A stretch of 63,726 nucleotides of DNA, counting the filler, from an uncultured archaeon (lineage in GTDB: Archaea > Nanobdellota > Nanobdellia > Woesearchaeales > CAIVOO01): assembly GCA_903842985.1 (NCBI GenBank). It is 6 parts of 6 records of this genome, joined end to end, with 100 filler letters (N's around TTAATTAATTAA, not from the genome) between each part and the next. Parts side by side here need not be neighbours in the genome. Positions count along the whole stretch, not along the records: positions 36,671 to 38,702 come from CAIMOB010000048.1; positions 38,803 to 40,829 come from CAIMOB010000049.1; positions 40,930 to 56,051 come from CAIMOB010000050.1; 3 more parts are not named here. One strand, given 5' to 3'. Both the position numbers and the translations under genes were made by a program. The notes below the pieces were generated by a model that was given only the letters and a program-made list of their open reading frames with translations, ran no database searches and was not told where the DNA came from. Shown piece after piece: positions 36,710 through 45,890 of this stretch (within the stretch, counting starts at the first letter, position 1; each line of letters starts with the position of its first letter).

Positions 36710-37636
36710 TCAACTATTAGTTATATTTTCAACATATTCATACCAGCTGAAACCTCTGAAATTAGGGTCCCTTAGCTTCTTCTCAAGATTGTCAATACTA
36801 TTTATCATAACCTCGGCTGATAAAGACTCATTGTCCATAACCCATTTCTCAAGATCGGCGAGTTTTTCTATCAGGGTAGTGACCAAATTATACTTACTGT
36901 ACAAGCAATCAATTTCGTTCTTCTGAATTTTATATGACCTACCTGTCTTGACAACAGTCATGTATATGATATCCAATTTCAGAATGGCTTCTCTATTTAT
37001 TGTCTCAAGCCTTTCTTTGTACATTTTCAAGCTCTGAACATCCATCTGGTAACATTTCTCAGGGATTAACTCATGATCGACAACATCCTGGATATTATCC
37101 CCTTTGATTTTTACGGCAATCGCTTTGTCCATTTCGATTTTTTGAAGATTTATCCCCCTCTTGCAAAATTCGTATCTTTCGATTTTTTCTTGTAAATCAA
37201 CTAGTGTGCCGTACAATTTTGCTCTTTCACGTCCTTTCTGTATTATTGTGTCACGAAACTCGTTTTGATCCTTGAGCAATTGCTCTTTCTCAGATCTTAC
37301 CCTGTTTAGCTGCCTTTCATACAAAGTTTCCAATCTTGTTTCCCGTAAAACATGCCATGTTTCAATTAGGGGCCTGACAAGCAGGGGATATTGCATAGCA
37401 TACTCTCTAATCTTTAGTTTGTGATACATTTTTACCCGCTCCTTTCTCTCTTTTCGAGTTAAGGGAGTAAATTCTATTGGTTTATCGAGAAAGTCTGCAT
37501 TATCTGCCTCTTTCTGCGCATTAGGGATAGGTTCACAGATGTCGTCTAAATGTCTGGTAACAGCCTTAATAATCTCTGAATACCTCCGTTGCCTTTCTTT
37601 TTGTTCATTTCCGGTTTCCTGTGTGTCATCTGTCAT
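36710..37636 (-). CDS. Coiled-coil hypothetical protein
   Basis: 308-aa helical, charged ORF with AAGGAAGG RBS-like site. Confidence 0.72.
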   Translation of the reverse strand: MTDDTQETGNEQKERQRRYSEIIKAVTRHLDDICEPIPNAQKEADNADFLDKPIEFTPLTRKERKERVKMYHKLKIREYAMQYPLLVRPLIETWHVLRETRLETLYERQLNRVRSEKEQLLKDQNEFRDTIIQKGRERAKLYGTLVDLQEKIERYEFCKRGINLQKIEMDKAIAVKIKGDNIQDVVDHELIPEKCYQMDVQSLKMYKERLETINREAILKLDIIYMTVVKTGRSYKIQKNEIDCLYSKYNLVTTLIEKLADLEKWVMDNESLSAEVMINSIDNLEKKLRDPNFRGFSWYEYVENITNS

Positions 37637-37677
37637 CTTTCATCCTTCCTTGGTTTGTATTGTTCTTTGCTTTGATA

Positions 37678-38208
37678 TCAATCGATAAGCTTTATTTGCC
37701 TCGAATATTGATGAGTATCGTATCCTCTCGTGTGGACCTTCCTCAGCTGCTCCTCAAGGCTTGGCCTCTTGCCAAGGTTCGCCCTGAGCATTCCCATGAT
37801 GCTTAATCTCTCGTAGTCCATTTTTTCCAATCCGTCGTGATCAACCAGCTTTATGCCGAGCTTTTTCCCCATCTTCCTGGAGGATTCGGTGTACGTTCCT
37901 GTCGTTATCATCAGGTAATGGTTGTGCTCCACTATCTTTCCCCGGACATAAAACTCGACCACTTCCTCAAGACCGACCTCGCCGCCGGGGTAATGCTTGC
38001 ATTCCACTATGGTCTTTCCCGCAAGGTCCCAATATTCTACATCGATCTGGGCGACTATTTTGTTGCCGCCCCTTCCCCGCTTGAGCGGGTTTCGGAAGAG
38101 GACCTTCTGCTCGTAGAGCACATTCCTCCTGACTCTTAGCTTGCCCTGGTCACTGAAAAGCTGAGCCGCATATATCTCAAGCACAGAGCCTTGGAGGGTG
38201 GTGTTCAT
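37678..38208 (-). CDS. Mrr-like PD-(D/E)xK restriction endonuclease domain protein
   Basis: G..LE...A.LF, QIDVE, IVECKHY, V...VVEF, MITTGTYT, GIKLVD. Confidence 0.78.
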   Translation of the reverse strand: MNTTLQGSVLEIYAAQLFSDQGKLRVRRNVLYEQKVLFRNPLKRGRGGNKIVAQIDVEYWDLAGKTIVECKHYPGGEVGLEEVVEFYVRGKIVEHNHYLMITTGTYTESSRKMGKKLGIKLVDHDGLEKMDYERLSIMGMLRANLGKRPSLEEQLRKVHTRGYDTHQYSRQIKLID

Positions 38209-38432
38209 AGCCCTTCAATCACCCTGTCAATTGTCTCCTTGCTGGCGTCGTATTTGATGAAATCTTCCCAGTCTATATTGCTGATGTCTGGCAGATTCTC
38301 TGAGTAGTAGGATACGGGCTGGGACTGCTGCTCCAGCTCATTCCTGTACTGGTTCGTCGCACTGCATCTGCCGAGGGTATAAGCCAAAAGGAATACTGCC
38401 CCATAATTGAAGAGCTTCCTGAGCAGCCCCAT
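38205..38432 (-). CDS. Small membrane-anchored protein
   Basis: Hydrophobic N-terminus ending LGRC; GGAGGT RBS; overlaps the nuclease start. Confidence 0.6.
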   Translation of the reverse strand: MGLLRKLFNYGAVFLLAYTLGRCSATNQYRNELEQQSQPVSYYSENLPDISNIDWEDFIKYDASKETIDRVIEGL

Positions 38433-38433
38433 C

Positions 38434-38702
38434 TTATTTACCTCCCTGGAAGAGCTTGGTTATGTCTGTGTAGAGATCCATACCAATCCTCTTAGCCATT
38501 GTTCCCAAGGCTGGGCCATAGTTGTCTGTTGGTGTGACAGTTAGCTCATCCTGAAGTTGGTCAAGCTGCTGTATCGGGCCTGCGATGTCAAACACGTTTG
38601 TCTGGCAGACACCAAGGGTCTTGGGCACTCCTGCGCCCTGTACCAGGGCATCCATCAATGGGGCTGCGTTGTCCGGGCTGAGCTGGACCACTTCATTGCT
38701 CA
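38434..38702 (-). CDS. Hypothetical protein, probably a C-terminal fragment
   Basis: Open frame running to the gap. Confidence 0.55.
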
Positions 38703-38802
38703 NNNNNNNNNNNNNNNNNNNNNNNNNNNNNNNNNNNNNNNNNNNNTTAATTAATTAANNNNNNNNNNNNNNNNNNNNNNNNNNNNNNNNNNNNNNNNNN
38801 NN
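38703..38802. other. Artificial contig-join spacer
   Basis: N-run + TTAATTAATTAA + N-run. Confidence 0.97.
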
Positions 38803-38895
38803 AAAATCGCGAAACATTTATAAATAATATTGTCTTATAACCCCTTATAATGTGTTTTAAACGGGTTCTTACGAAAAGCAAGCGGGGGTAGAAAC

Positions 38896-39195
38896 ATGAC
38901 CATAAACCTTGGCGGAAACATAAATCTTGTGGGGTTCAAGGAGCTTGACAGGCCTACCTTGTTCATTGTGCGGAAGATGGTTGGCAATTACGTGCGGAAG
39001 CTGACAGACAGGGGAGCGAACCTGACAGAGGTGAGCGTCTCATTGAAGTCAGTGCACGCAACAGAGAACAGCCAGCTGTTTGAGCTGAAAGCGAAGGCAA
39101 TTGACAACGGAGCAATCCACGTAGCAGAGCACACAGACAGGAATCTCTTCGTTGCACTGGACAAAGTGATGGAGAAGATAGAGAAGAATATTTGA
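38896..39195 (+). CDS. Stand-alone HPF/RaiA-like (ribosome hibernation fold) protein
   Basis: 99 aa; C-terminal ELKAKAIDNGAIHVAEHTDRNLFVALDKVMEKIEKNI fits the HPF pattern AE...DLY.AID...KLE.Q. Confidence 0.6.
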   Translation: MTINLGGNINLVGFKELDRPTLFIVRKMVGNYVRKLTDRGANLTEVSVSLKSVHATENSQLFELKAKAIDNGAIHVAEHTDRNLFVALDKVMEKIEKNI

Positions 39196-39196
39196 G

Positions 39197-39808
39197 TTAT
39201 TGTTTTCCGCACCTGATATCTCGTGCAAGTTTTTCAATTCCATCAAATGCAGTTTCATACGCATTCGGTCCTGAGAAAAATTGTCCTTTATACGGTCCTT
39301 TGTCAATAAAATATCTGATCGCCGGATTAATCAGCGCAGAGATGTTTTCGCACAGCCTGAAATCGCTTCTGATACCGATAATGTGGCCGTGCCTTGGAGC
39401 GAAATAGCCGACTTCTGCGCACAAGCCATCGTCTGAAGCATGGCTTCCGTCAAACAAAGCAATCATGAATTTGGAGCGCGGCATCAATGTCTCATAATTT
39501 ACAATGCCAATTAAGTCATTGAATCTTGACCAGAATAATTTAAATTCTTTTGCACTCATTTCATCATTTAATTTTGAAAAATCAAGATATTCGTCACAGG
39601 CAGCAAACGGGCACAGCGGAAGAACTCCCCGTCTTTTTAATTCCGGATAAAATGTTTTTTCAAGATAATTTTTTCCAAGCGTGTTGAATCCCAATTGGCT
39701 GCCAATGTATGCAGGGACTAAAATCCTGAATTCAGTTTCAACAAGGCCTTCTTTGTTGAATTTATTCTCTCTAATTACCGAAGGCAGTTTCTTTAATTTT
39801 TGAGACAT
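39197..39808 (-). CDS. Nucleoside 2-deoxyribosyltransferase-like protein
   Basis: IALFDG...DDGLCAEVGY and IGIRSDFR motifs. Confidence 0.75.
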   Translation of the reverse strand: MSQKLKKLPSVIRENKFNKEGLVETEFRILVPAYIGSQLGFNTLGKNYLEKTFYPELKRRGVLPLCPFAACDEYLDFSKLNDEMSAKEFKLFWSRFNDLIGIVNYETLMPRSKFMIALFDGSHASDDGLCAEVGYFAPRHGHIIGIRSDFRLCENISALINPAIRYFIDKGPYKGQFFSGPNAYETAFDGIEKLARDIRCGKQ

Positions 39809-40023
39809 ATTGTTTGTTTAATGGCACCCTTATTTAAGTTTTTATAGAATACACTACAATAAAATTTAAATTGAAATGCTTTATTTTCAATATTCTAAAC
39901 AAATCCACACCCAAACACCTCAAACCCAATTATAATGCGTTTATAGACGCTATTAAGCCATTTTAAAAACACAAGATTTATAAACAAAACCAGCTTCCTA
40001 AACAGTATATTTTCTCGGCGAAA

Positions 40024-40716
40024 ATGGCAGAAGAAAAACAGAAATATGGAGCAGAAGAGATTCAGGTACTTGGAGGCATTGAAGCTGTCAGGAAAAGGCC
40101 TGGGATGTACATAGGCACAACTGGATTGCCTGGCCTGCATCACCTGGTCTACGAAGTGGTTGACAACTCAATAGACGAGGCATTGGCAGGCTTCTGCAAC
40201 AAAATAGGAGTAATAATCCATAAGGATAATTCAATCACAGTTATAGACAACGGGAGAGGCATTCCAGTTGACGTTCATCCTGAGCTTAAGGTGCCTGCAT
40301 TGGAAATAGTAATGACAACGCTCCACGCAGGCGGAAAGTTTGAGTCAAAAGTCTACAAGGTTTCAGGCGGGCTTCACGGCGTTGGTGTTTCTGTTGTAAA
40401 TGCATTGTCAGAAAAATTAGATGTCTGGGTAAAAAGAGATGGAAAGCTCTACCGCCAGACATTCAGGAAAGGGAAAAAGGCGTCTGAGCTGGAAATCGTA
40501 GGCACATCAGACGGAACAGGGACAAAAATAACATTCATGGCTGACAAGGAAATATTTGAGCTGATTGAATTCCATTTTGAGACGCTTGCAGCAAGATTGA
40601 GGGAATTGGCTTTCCTTAACAAAGGAGTCAAAATAATTTTAAAAGATGAGAGAACAGACAAGTCAGTTGTATTCGAGTACGAAGGCGGGATAGTCTCCTT
40701 TGTTGATTACATGAAC
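40024..40716 (+). CDS. gyrB: DNA gyrase subunit B, N-terminal ATPase part (truncated or chimeric at contig end)
   Basis: [72 protein letters not shown]. Confidence 0.93.
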
Positions 40717-40829
40717 CAGATGTTGCCGCGTCTGAAGTGGCTTGCTGCAGAAACCTACGGTTGTGAAGGTGCCTGCGTTGGGATCTCCTCTTTTCCCTTT
40801 GAGCCGGACCCCGCCAGCTGTAAAAGCAG

Positions 40830-40929
40830 NNNNNNNNNNNNNNNNNNNNNNNNNNNNNNNNNNNNNNNNNNNNTTAATTAATTAANNNNNNNNNNNNNNN
40901 NNNNNNNNNNNNNNNNNNNNNNNNNNNNN
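40830..40929. other. Artificial contig-join spacer
   Basis: N-run + TTAATTAATTAA + N-run. Confidence 0.97.
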
Positions 40930-40982
40930 CAAGCGGTAAGAAAAATGTAGTGCTGACTTTCAGCGCTGTTCAAGCGAAATAA
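40930..40982 (+). CDS. C-terminal fragment of a protein ending like 43382-45067
   Basis: SGKKNVVLTFSAVQAK* versus AGSRNVVLTFTAKKV*; oligo-T terminator follows. Confidence 0.6.
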
Positions 40983-41042
40983 AAATATTTTTTATTTTTT
41001 TATTTTTTTTAGAAAAGTATATAAATTCTTGCCAAACACATA

Positions 41043-42227
41043 ATGATAATGAAGAGGTTAACTGCGCTTTTAATATTCCTGCTGGTTCTTCCAATAGCTT
41101 ATTCAATTGGCGTTTCCCCTGCAGAGACCAAACTAAACTTCAAGCCGAACCTTGAGACACAGTTAACATACAACCTTAGGAGCAATATGGCCAATGCAAT
41201 GGACGTTGAACTTCGGCTTAGTGGTGATTTGGCAGAATACGCAACCCTGAGTTCAGATACGATTTTCATAAAACCTGGAGAATCTGGCCAGGCGACTGTC
41301 AGCCTGAAGCTTCCTGAAAAGATAGAAAAGCCAGGCGAACATACAATAATGTTCATTGCAACAGAATCAACAGGAACAGGCGGGCCTGAGGGCGCAAGGG
41401 GCGAGGTATTGTCTCCAATCACTATTTTTGTCCAATATCCGGGAAAATACGCTGAAGCGTCTTTGAATGCAAAAGATGCAAAACTTGGGAAGGATGCTGA
41501 GTTTATAGTAACTGTAAGAAATTTGGGAACATTAAAAATCAATGGCGCAAAGGCAGTCATTGACATTTACAGCGGAAATGAAAAGGTTGGTTCAGTAACA
41601 ACAGACGAGAAGCCAGTGGATTTGTTTGGCAGTGCAACCCTGAATGCAAAATGGAACACAAAAGGACAGAAGCAGGGAAATTACAGGGCAGTTGCAACAG
41701 TCCAGTACGACGAGAAAACAACAACTGCTGAACACAGGTTTATGATAGGAATTTTAAATGTAAAAATAATAAACTACACAAAGGAGGTTTACGAAAAACA
41801 GGTTAATGAATTCAAAGTAGGAGTTCAAAGCGAATGGAACGACCCTGTTGAAAATCTTTTTGCTGATGTTAAGGTGCTGGATAATAGCAAGGAATTAATG
41901 ACTTTTTCAGCTTCTGAAAAGAGATTGAACCCATGGGAAATCAAAAACCTAGCTGGCTATTTCAACACCGCAAACATTCAGGCAGGCAGCTATGACATAA
42001 GCATTGCGCTAACATTTAATGAGATAGGAAGTGATGAGAAACATTATTCATACAAAAATGGGACAATAGATGTGCTGACGGGAGGGGAAGTTGCAATGAC
42101 TGCAAAAGGGGGAGGAATGGGAAGGTATTTGACAACAACAAACATTCTGATATTAATATTGATTCTGCTTGTAATTATCAACCTTATCTGGTTCTGGAAG
42201 AGAAAGAAAAATGAAGAAGAGACATAA
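41043..42227 (+). CDS. Secreted multi-Ig-like protein with C-terminal TM anchor (COG1470/DUF916-like)
   Basis: Signal peptide, IGVSPA start, three beta-sandwich units (V.NLG, G.Y.A.ATVQY), TM helix + KRKK. Confidence 0.75.
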   Translation: MIMKRLTALLIFLLVLPIAYSIGVSPAETKLNFKPNLETQLTYNLRSNMANAMDVELRLSGDLAEYATLSSDTIFIKPGESGQATVSLKLPEKIEKPGEHTIMFIATESTGTGGPEGARGEVLSPITIFVQYPGKYAEASLNAKDAKLGKDAEFIVTVRNLGTLKINGAKAVIDIYSGNEKVGSVTTDEKPVDLFGSATLNAKWNTKGQKQGNYRAVATVQYDEKTTTAEHRFMIGILNVKIINYTKEVYEKQVNEFKVGVQSEWNDPVENLFADVKVLDNSKELMTFSASEKRLNPWEIKNLAGYFNTANIQAGSYDISIALTFNEIGSDEKHYSYKNGTIDVLTGGEVAMTAKGGGMGRYLTTTNILILILILLVIINLIWFWKRKKNEEET

Positions 42228-42651
42228 ATTTAGCATTTCAAATGCATTGGTTTTGCTGTTGATTGTTATACTCATAGTACTAGTAATTACGTCGATATTT
42301 TATTCCAGAAGCAAAATTTTGCATTATCAGGAGTATAACCTGCTCCTTAAAGTCACTAATGATACATCAGGCTTTGGCATAGGGATAATTCCAGGCATGA
42401 TTTATTTTGGAAAAATGTCTGCAGGCAACAGCGGAATGCAGCAGGTGGTATTAATGCACAATTACCAGGAGCCTGTTCTTGTGCAGATGGTTGTGTCAGG
42501 CAGTTTAAAAAACTGGGTTGTGGTTTCAGATAATAACTTTGTTCTTGAAAGAAATGTGAAAAAAACAGTGAATGTGACAGCAACTGTGCCAGAAGGCGCA
42601 TCGCTTGGCAATCATACCGGCAAACTCAAGATTTATCTTAAAAGAATCTAA
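42211..42651 (+). CDS. Membrane-anchored single beta-sandwich protein
   Basis: N-terminal TM helix; IYFGKM.AG; VTATVPEGASLGNHTGKLKI. Confidence 0.75.
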   Translation: MKKRHKFSISNALVLLLIVILIVLVITSIFYSRSKILHYQEYNLLLKVTNDTSGFGIGIIPGMIYFGKMSAGNSGMQQVVLMHNYQEPVLVQMVVSGSLKNWVVVSDNNFVLERNVKKTVNVTATVPEGASLGNHTGKLKIYLKRI

Positions 42652-42684
42652 AGATTTTTAAATAAAAACCAGTTATGGTCAGCT

Positions 42685-43359
42685 ATGAAAAGAAGTATGA
42701 AGTATTTACTGTGCGCAATTCTTGTTCTTATGTTGATTTTATCAATTTATCTTTTAGGCTCACCTGCAGAAAAAATATCCAATCCTTTAACTGGAGCAGC
42801 GGTGGTTGGATTTGAAATTGCTCCTTTCTGCTTCACCCCGCTTGATCATGGCTGGAATCTCGTATCTTTCTGCGCAAATCTTACAAACAAATCAATTAAA
42901 ACTGCGCTTTCGCAGATAAGCGGCTCATATAGATATATCCTGGAATGGAATGCTTCATCCCAGAACTTCATGATTTACAGCCCGCTTTCCTCTTCAAATC
43001 CCTTTACAAAATTCAATGAAAATCTAAGCTATTTTATTTATTTTGAAGGAAGCAACAAAACAAACCTTTACTGCCAGGGCACTAATTTCGGCAATTTGAA
43101 TCTGAGCCTTTTGTTCGGCTGGAACGCACCAACTTATCCTTACATGTTTACTGTAAACATAACAAAATATCTTTCAACCCTTGGCGGTAAATACAGGTAT
43201 GTAATGAAGTGGAATGCTTCATCCCAGAAATTCATGATTTACAGCCCGCTTTCAGCTTTAAAGCCGTTTGAAACAATACTGTCTGGCGAGGGCCAGTTTA
43301 TAAATATCGAGGATGCCGGAGGCGCCCACCTCTTTTACAACCGCACATATTTACAATAA
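42685..43359 (+). CDS. Secreted protein with two GWN repeats (copy 1)
   Basis: LDHGWNLVS and LLFGWNAP, internal repeat YRY..WNASSQ.FMIYSPLS; close paralog of 45185-45868. Confidence 0.82.
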   Translation: MKRSMKYLLCAILVLMLILSIYLLGSPAEKISNPLTGAAVVGFEIAPFCFTPLDHGWNLVSFCANLTNKSIKTALSQISGSYRYILEWNASSQNFMIYSPLSSSNPFTKFNENLSYFIYFEGSNKTNLYCQGTNFGNLNLSLLFGWNAPTYPYMFTVNITKYLSTLGGKYRYVMKWNASSQKFMIYSPLSALKPFETILSGEGQFINIEDAGGAHLFYNRTYLQ

Positions 43360-43381
43360 TTTTTTAAATAAGTGAATAATA

Positions 43382-45067
43382 ATGAAGAATATGAACAGGT
43401 TTTTACTTGCGGTATTGGTTTTATTAGCTGTTCCTCTTGCTTATGCGGGAGATGTATATACGGGGACATGCGACGGCTACATCCATTACATGAACGGCAA
43501 CGCCTTTTCCGGAGCAACTGTCACAGTTACCGTAAACGGGTGCTCTGGCGACGGCTGTGTTGGGCATTACATTTCTGAATCAACTGGCTATTATGTTATT
43601 GCCAACCTCAAACTTAACTCAGGAGGGACTGTTTCAGTTTACGCAAACAAATCAACTGCTACAGGCGTGAATACAGGAATTGCAAACCCGTCCGGGGCAG
43701 CAAGGGTCAATGTAACTGTGTGCAATCCGCCTACAAGTCCTTCGCTTACACCTCAGGCTGACCAGCACATAAATTCTGTCAGTTTGTCCTGGACATCTGG
43801 CACAGACCCATGGGGCTATACTCAGCATGACGAATTCCGATTGGATTTAGGAACTATAAACACAACTGCGAATAGTCCGCAATCAAAATCCGGACTTAGC
43901 TATAATATCCTACATACCTGGAGAGTCTGGACATGCAATGATCAATGCTGTTCTGCTCCGGGCTCAAGCACCTTTACAATAACAAATGCAGCGCCTCCGG
44001 CACCTAACTTGACAGCCCAGGCAGACACACACAACACATCTGTCTCGCTCAATTGGATATCTTATCCAGACTCTGAAAGTGACACACCAGTTCACAACGA
44101 ATTCCAGTTTGATTCAGAGGCAATAATCAATCCAGCAACATCGCCGCAAGCAATATCCGGACTTGTTTTAGGAACAGATCATACCTGGCGTGTCAGAACT
44201 TGCGATTCACTCGGTGAAGCCGCAGGCGGATGCTCTGCCTGGGTATCAGACAGCTTTTCAATAACAAATGAAGCGCCAACAGCACCTATTTTGGTACATC
44301 AGCCTTCAACAACATTAACTAATGTAAGTCTAAACTGGACATCTGGCACAGACCCTGAAGGCGACCCAGTCCACGACGAATTCCAGTTCAGTCATTTCTA
44401 TGATTTCTCAACCCTGCTTTACAGCAACACAAGTGCAACTTCTCCAACAATAATGACTAATCTTTCAAATGACAGCATCTATTACTGGCGTGTCAAAACC
44501 TGTGACCCAGAGAGATGCTCTCCATGGGCAACGGACTCGTTTATTGTTAGTCTATGCCCAGTATGCACTATCACATGCAGTCTTCTGGGGAATGTATCAA
44601 TTAATATAACCTCAGAGGTTTCACTATCTGTCAAATACAACGTTAACTTTGGAGATGGACGAGTTGTAGGAGATAACTTAAGTGCCACACTTGAAAGCAA
44701 CAACACAAACGCTATTGGCGGTACTTGGTCCTGGCCTGAACAATACATCAAAATTAAAAATGACGGAACAGTGAACGAAATGGTTAATGTTTCAGCAAGC
44801 GCATCAGCTGCCGCATGGATAGGCGGAACAGCTCCGGACTTTGAGATGATTGGCTGGGTAACAGAAGCAAACGCTTGCAATGACTCAGCCTATTTGAACA
44901 CATACAAGGAAATAAATACAGCTAATGCATCTGTTGCATTGTGCAAGAACCTAAAATCTGGAACAGGCAAAAATGAGTTTAATGCATCAGTTAAATTGGT
45001 TGTTCCATCTGATGCATTGGCAGGCAGTAGAAACGTTGTATTGACATTTACTGCAAAGAAAGTCTGA
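43382..45067 (+). CDS. Secreted Fn3-like repeat protein with C-terminal fibre-subunit-like domain (copy 1)
   Basis: Signal peptide; three repeats SL.W...D..GD..HDEF...WRV.TC; C-terminal NFG...IKNDG...VPSDA..G....LTFTA. Confidence 0.82.
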   Translation: MKNMNRFLLAVLVLLAVPLAYAGDVYTGTCDGYIHYMNGNAFSGATVTVTVNGCSGDGCVGHYISESTGYYVIANLKLNSGGTVSVYANKSTATGVNTGIANPSGAARVNVTVCNPPTSPSLTPQADQHINSVSLSWTSGTDPWGYTQHDEFRLDLGTINTTANSPQSKSGLSYNILHTWRVWTCNDQCCSAPGSSTFTITNAAPPAPNLTAQADTHNTSVSLNWISYPDSESDTPVHNEFQFDSEAIINPATSPQAISGLVLGTDHTWRVRTCDSLGEAAGGCSAWVSDSFSITNEAPTAPILVHQPSTTLTNVSLNWTSGTDPEGDPVHDEFQFSHFYDFSTLLYSNTSATSPTIMTNLSNDSIYYWRVKTCDPERCSPWATDSFIVSLCPVCTITCSLLGNVSINITSEVSLSVKYNVNFGDGRVVGDNLSATLESNNTNAIGGTWSWPEQYIKIKNDGTVNEMVNVSASASAAAWIGGTAPDFEMIGWVTEANACNDSAYLNTYKEINTANASVALCKNLKSGTGKNEFNASVKLVVPSDALAGSRNVVLTFTAKKV

Positions 45068-45184
45068 GATGTTTTTTAGAGAATTATACGCTTAAATAGG
45101 TTTATTGGCCATCATGCCGGCAAACTCAATGTTTATCTTAAAAAAAGATAAAGCTTTTTAAATAAAAAACAGTTCTATTATGTT

Positions 45185-45868
45185 ATGAAAAGGGGTATGA
45201 AGTATTTGTTCTGCGCAATCCTTGTTTGTATGCTGGTTTTATCGATTTATCTTTTCAACCTCCCTGCAGAAAAAACCGGCGAAAAAACACCCAGCCCCAT
45301 GACTGGCAGGGCAGTGGTTAGACTTGAAATCCTTCCTGTCTGCTTCATCCCGCTTGAGCAGGGCTGGAATCTCGTATCTTTCTGCGCAAATCTTACAAAC
45401 AAGTCTGTTGAAGGTGCGCTTTCGCAGATAAATAAATCTTACAGATATGTCATGGAATGGAATGCTTCAGCCCAGGAATTCATACTTTACAGCCCGCTGG
45501 CGCCAATAAATCCTTTTGACAAGTTCAACGAAAATATGAGTTATTTCATTTATTTCGAAGACAACAAAACAAACCTTTACTGTCATGGCAACAATTTTGG
45601 TGATTTGAACCTGAGCCTATTGTCCGGCTGGAACACGCCAACATATCCTTATGAGTTTACAGCAAACATAACAAAATATCTTTCAACCCTTGGCGATAAA
45701 TATAGGTATCTGATGAAGTGGAATGTTTCAAGCCAGGAATTCATGCTTTACAGCCCGCTGGCGCCAATAAATCCTTTTGAAACAATGCTGTCAAGCGAGG
45801 GCCAGTTTATTAACATTAATGATATTGGAGGCGCTCACATCTTTTACAACCGCACGGATTTGCAATAA
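45185..45868 (+). CDS. Secreted protein with two GWN repeats (copy 2)
   Basis: Tandem paralog of 42685-43359. Confidence 0.82.
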   Translation: MKRGMKYLFCAILVCMLVLSIYLFNLPAEKTGEKTPSPMTGRAVVRLEILPVCFIPLEQGWNLVSFCANLTNKSVEGALSQINKSYRYVMEWNASAQEFILYSPLAPINPFDKFNENMSYFIYFEDNKTNLYCHGNNFGDLNLSLLSGWNTPTYPYEFTANITKYLSTLGDKYRYLMKWNVSSQEFMLYSPLAPINPFETMLSSEGQFININDIGGAHIFYNRTDLQ

Positions 45869-45890
45869 TTTTTTAAATAGGCGAATAATA

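Noticed and set aside
40717..40881. Novel C-terminal extension or intein in GyrB
   Set aside because: No intein start residue or motifs; it sits at a contig end and reads as another gene on the opposite strand, so a chimera is more likely.
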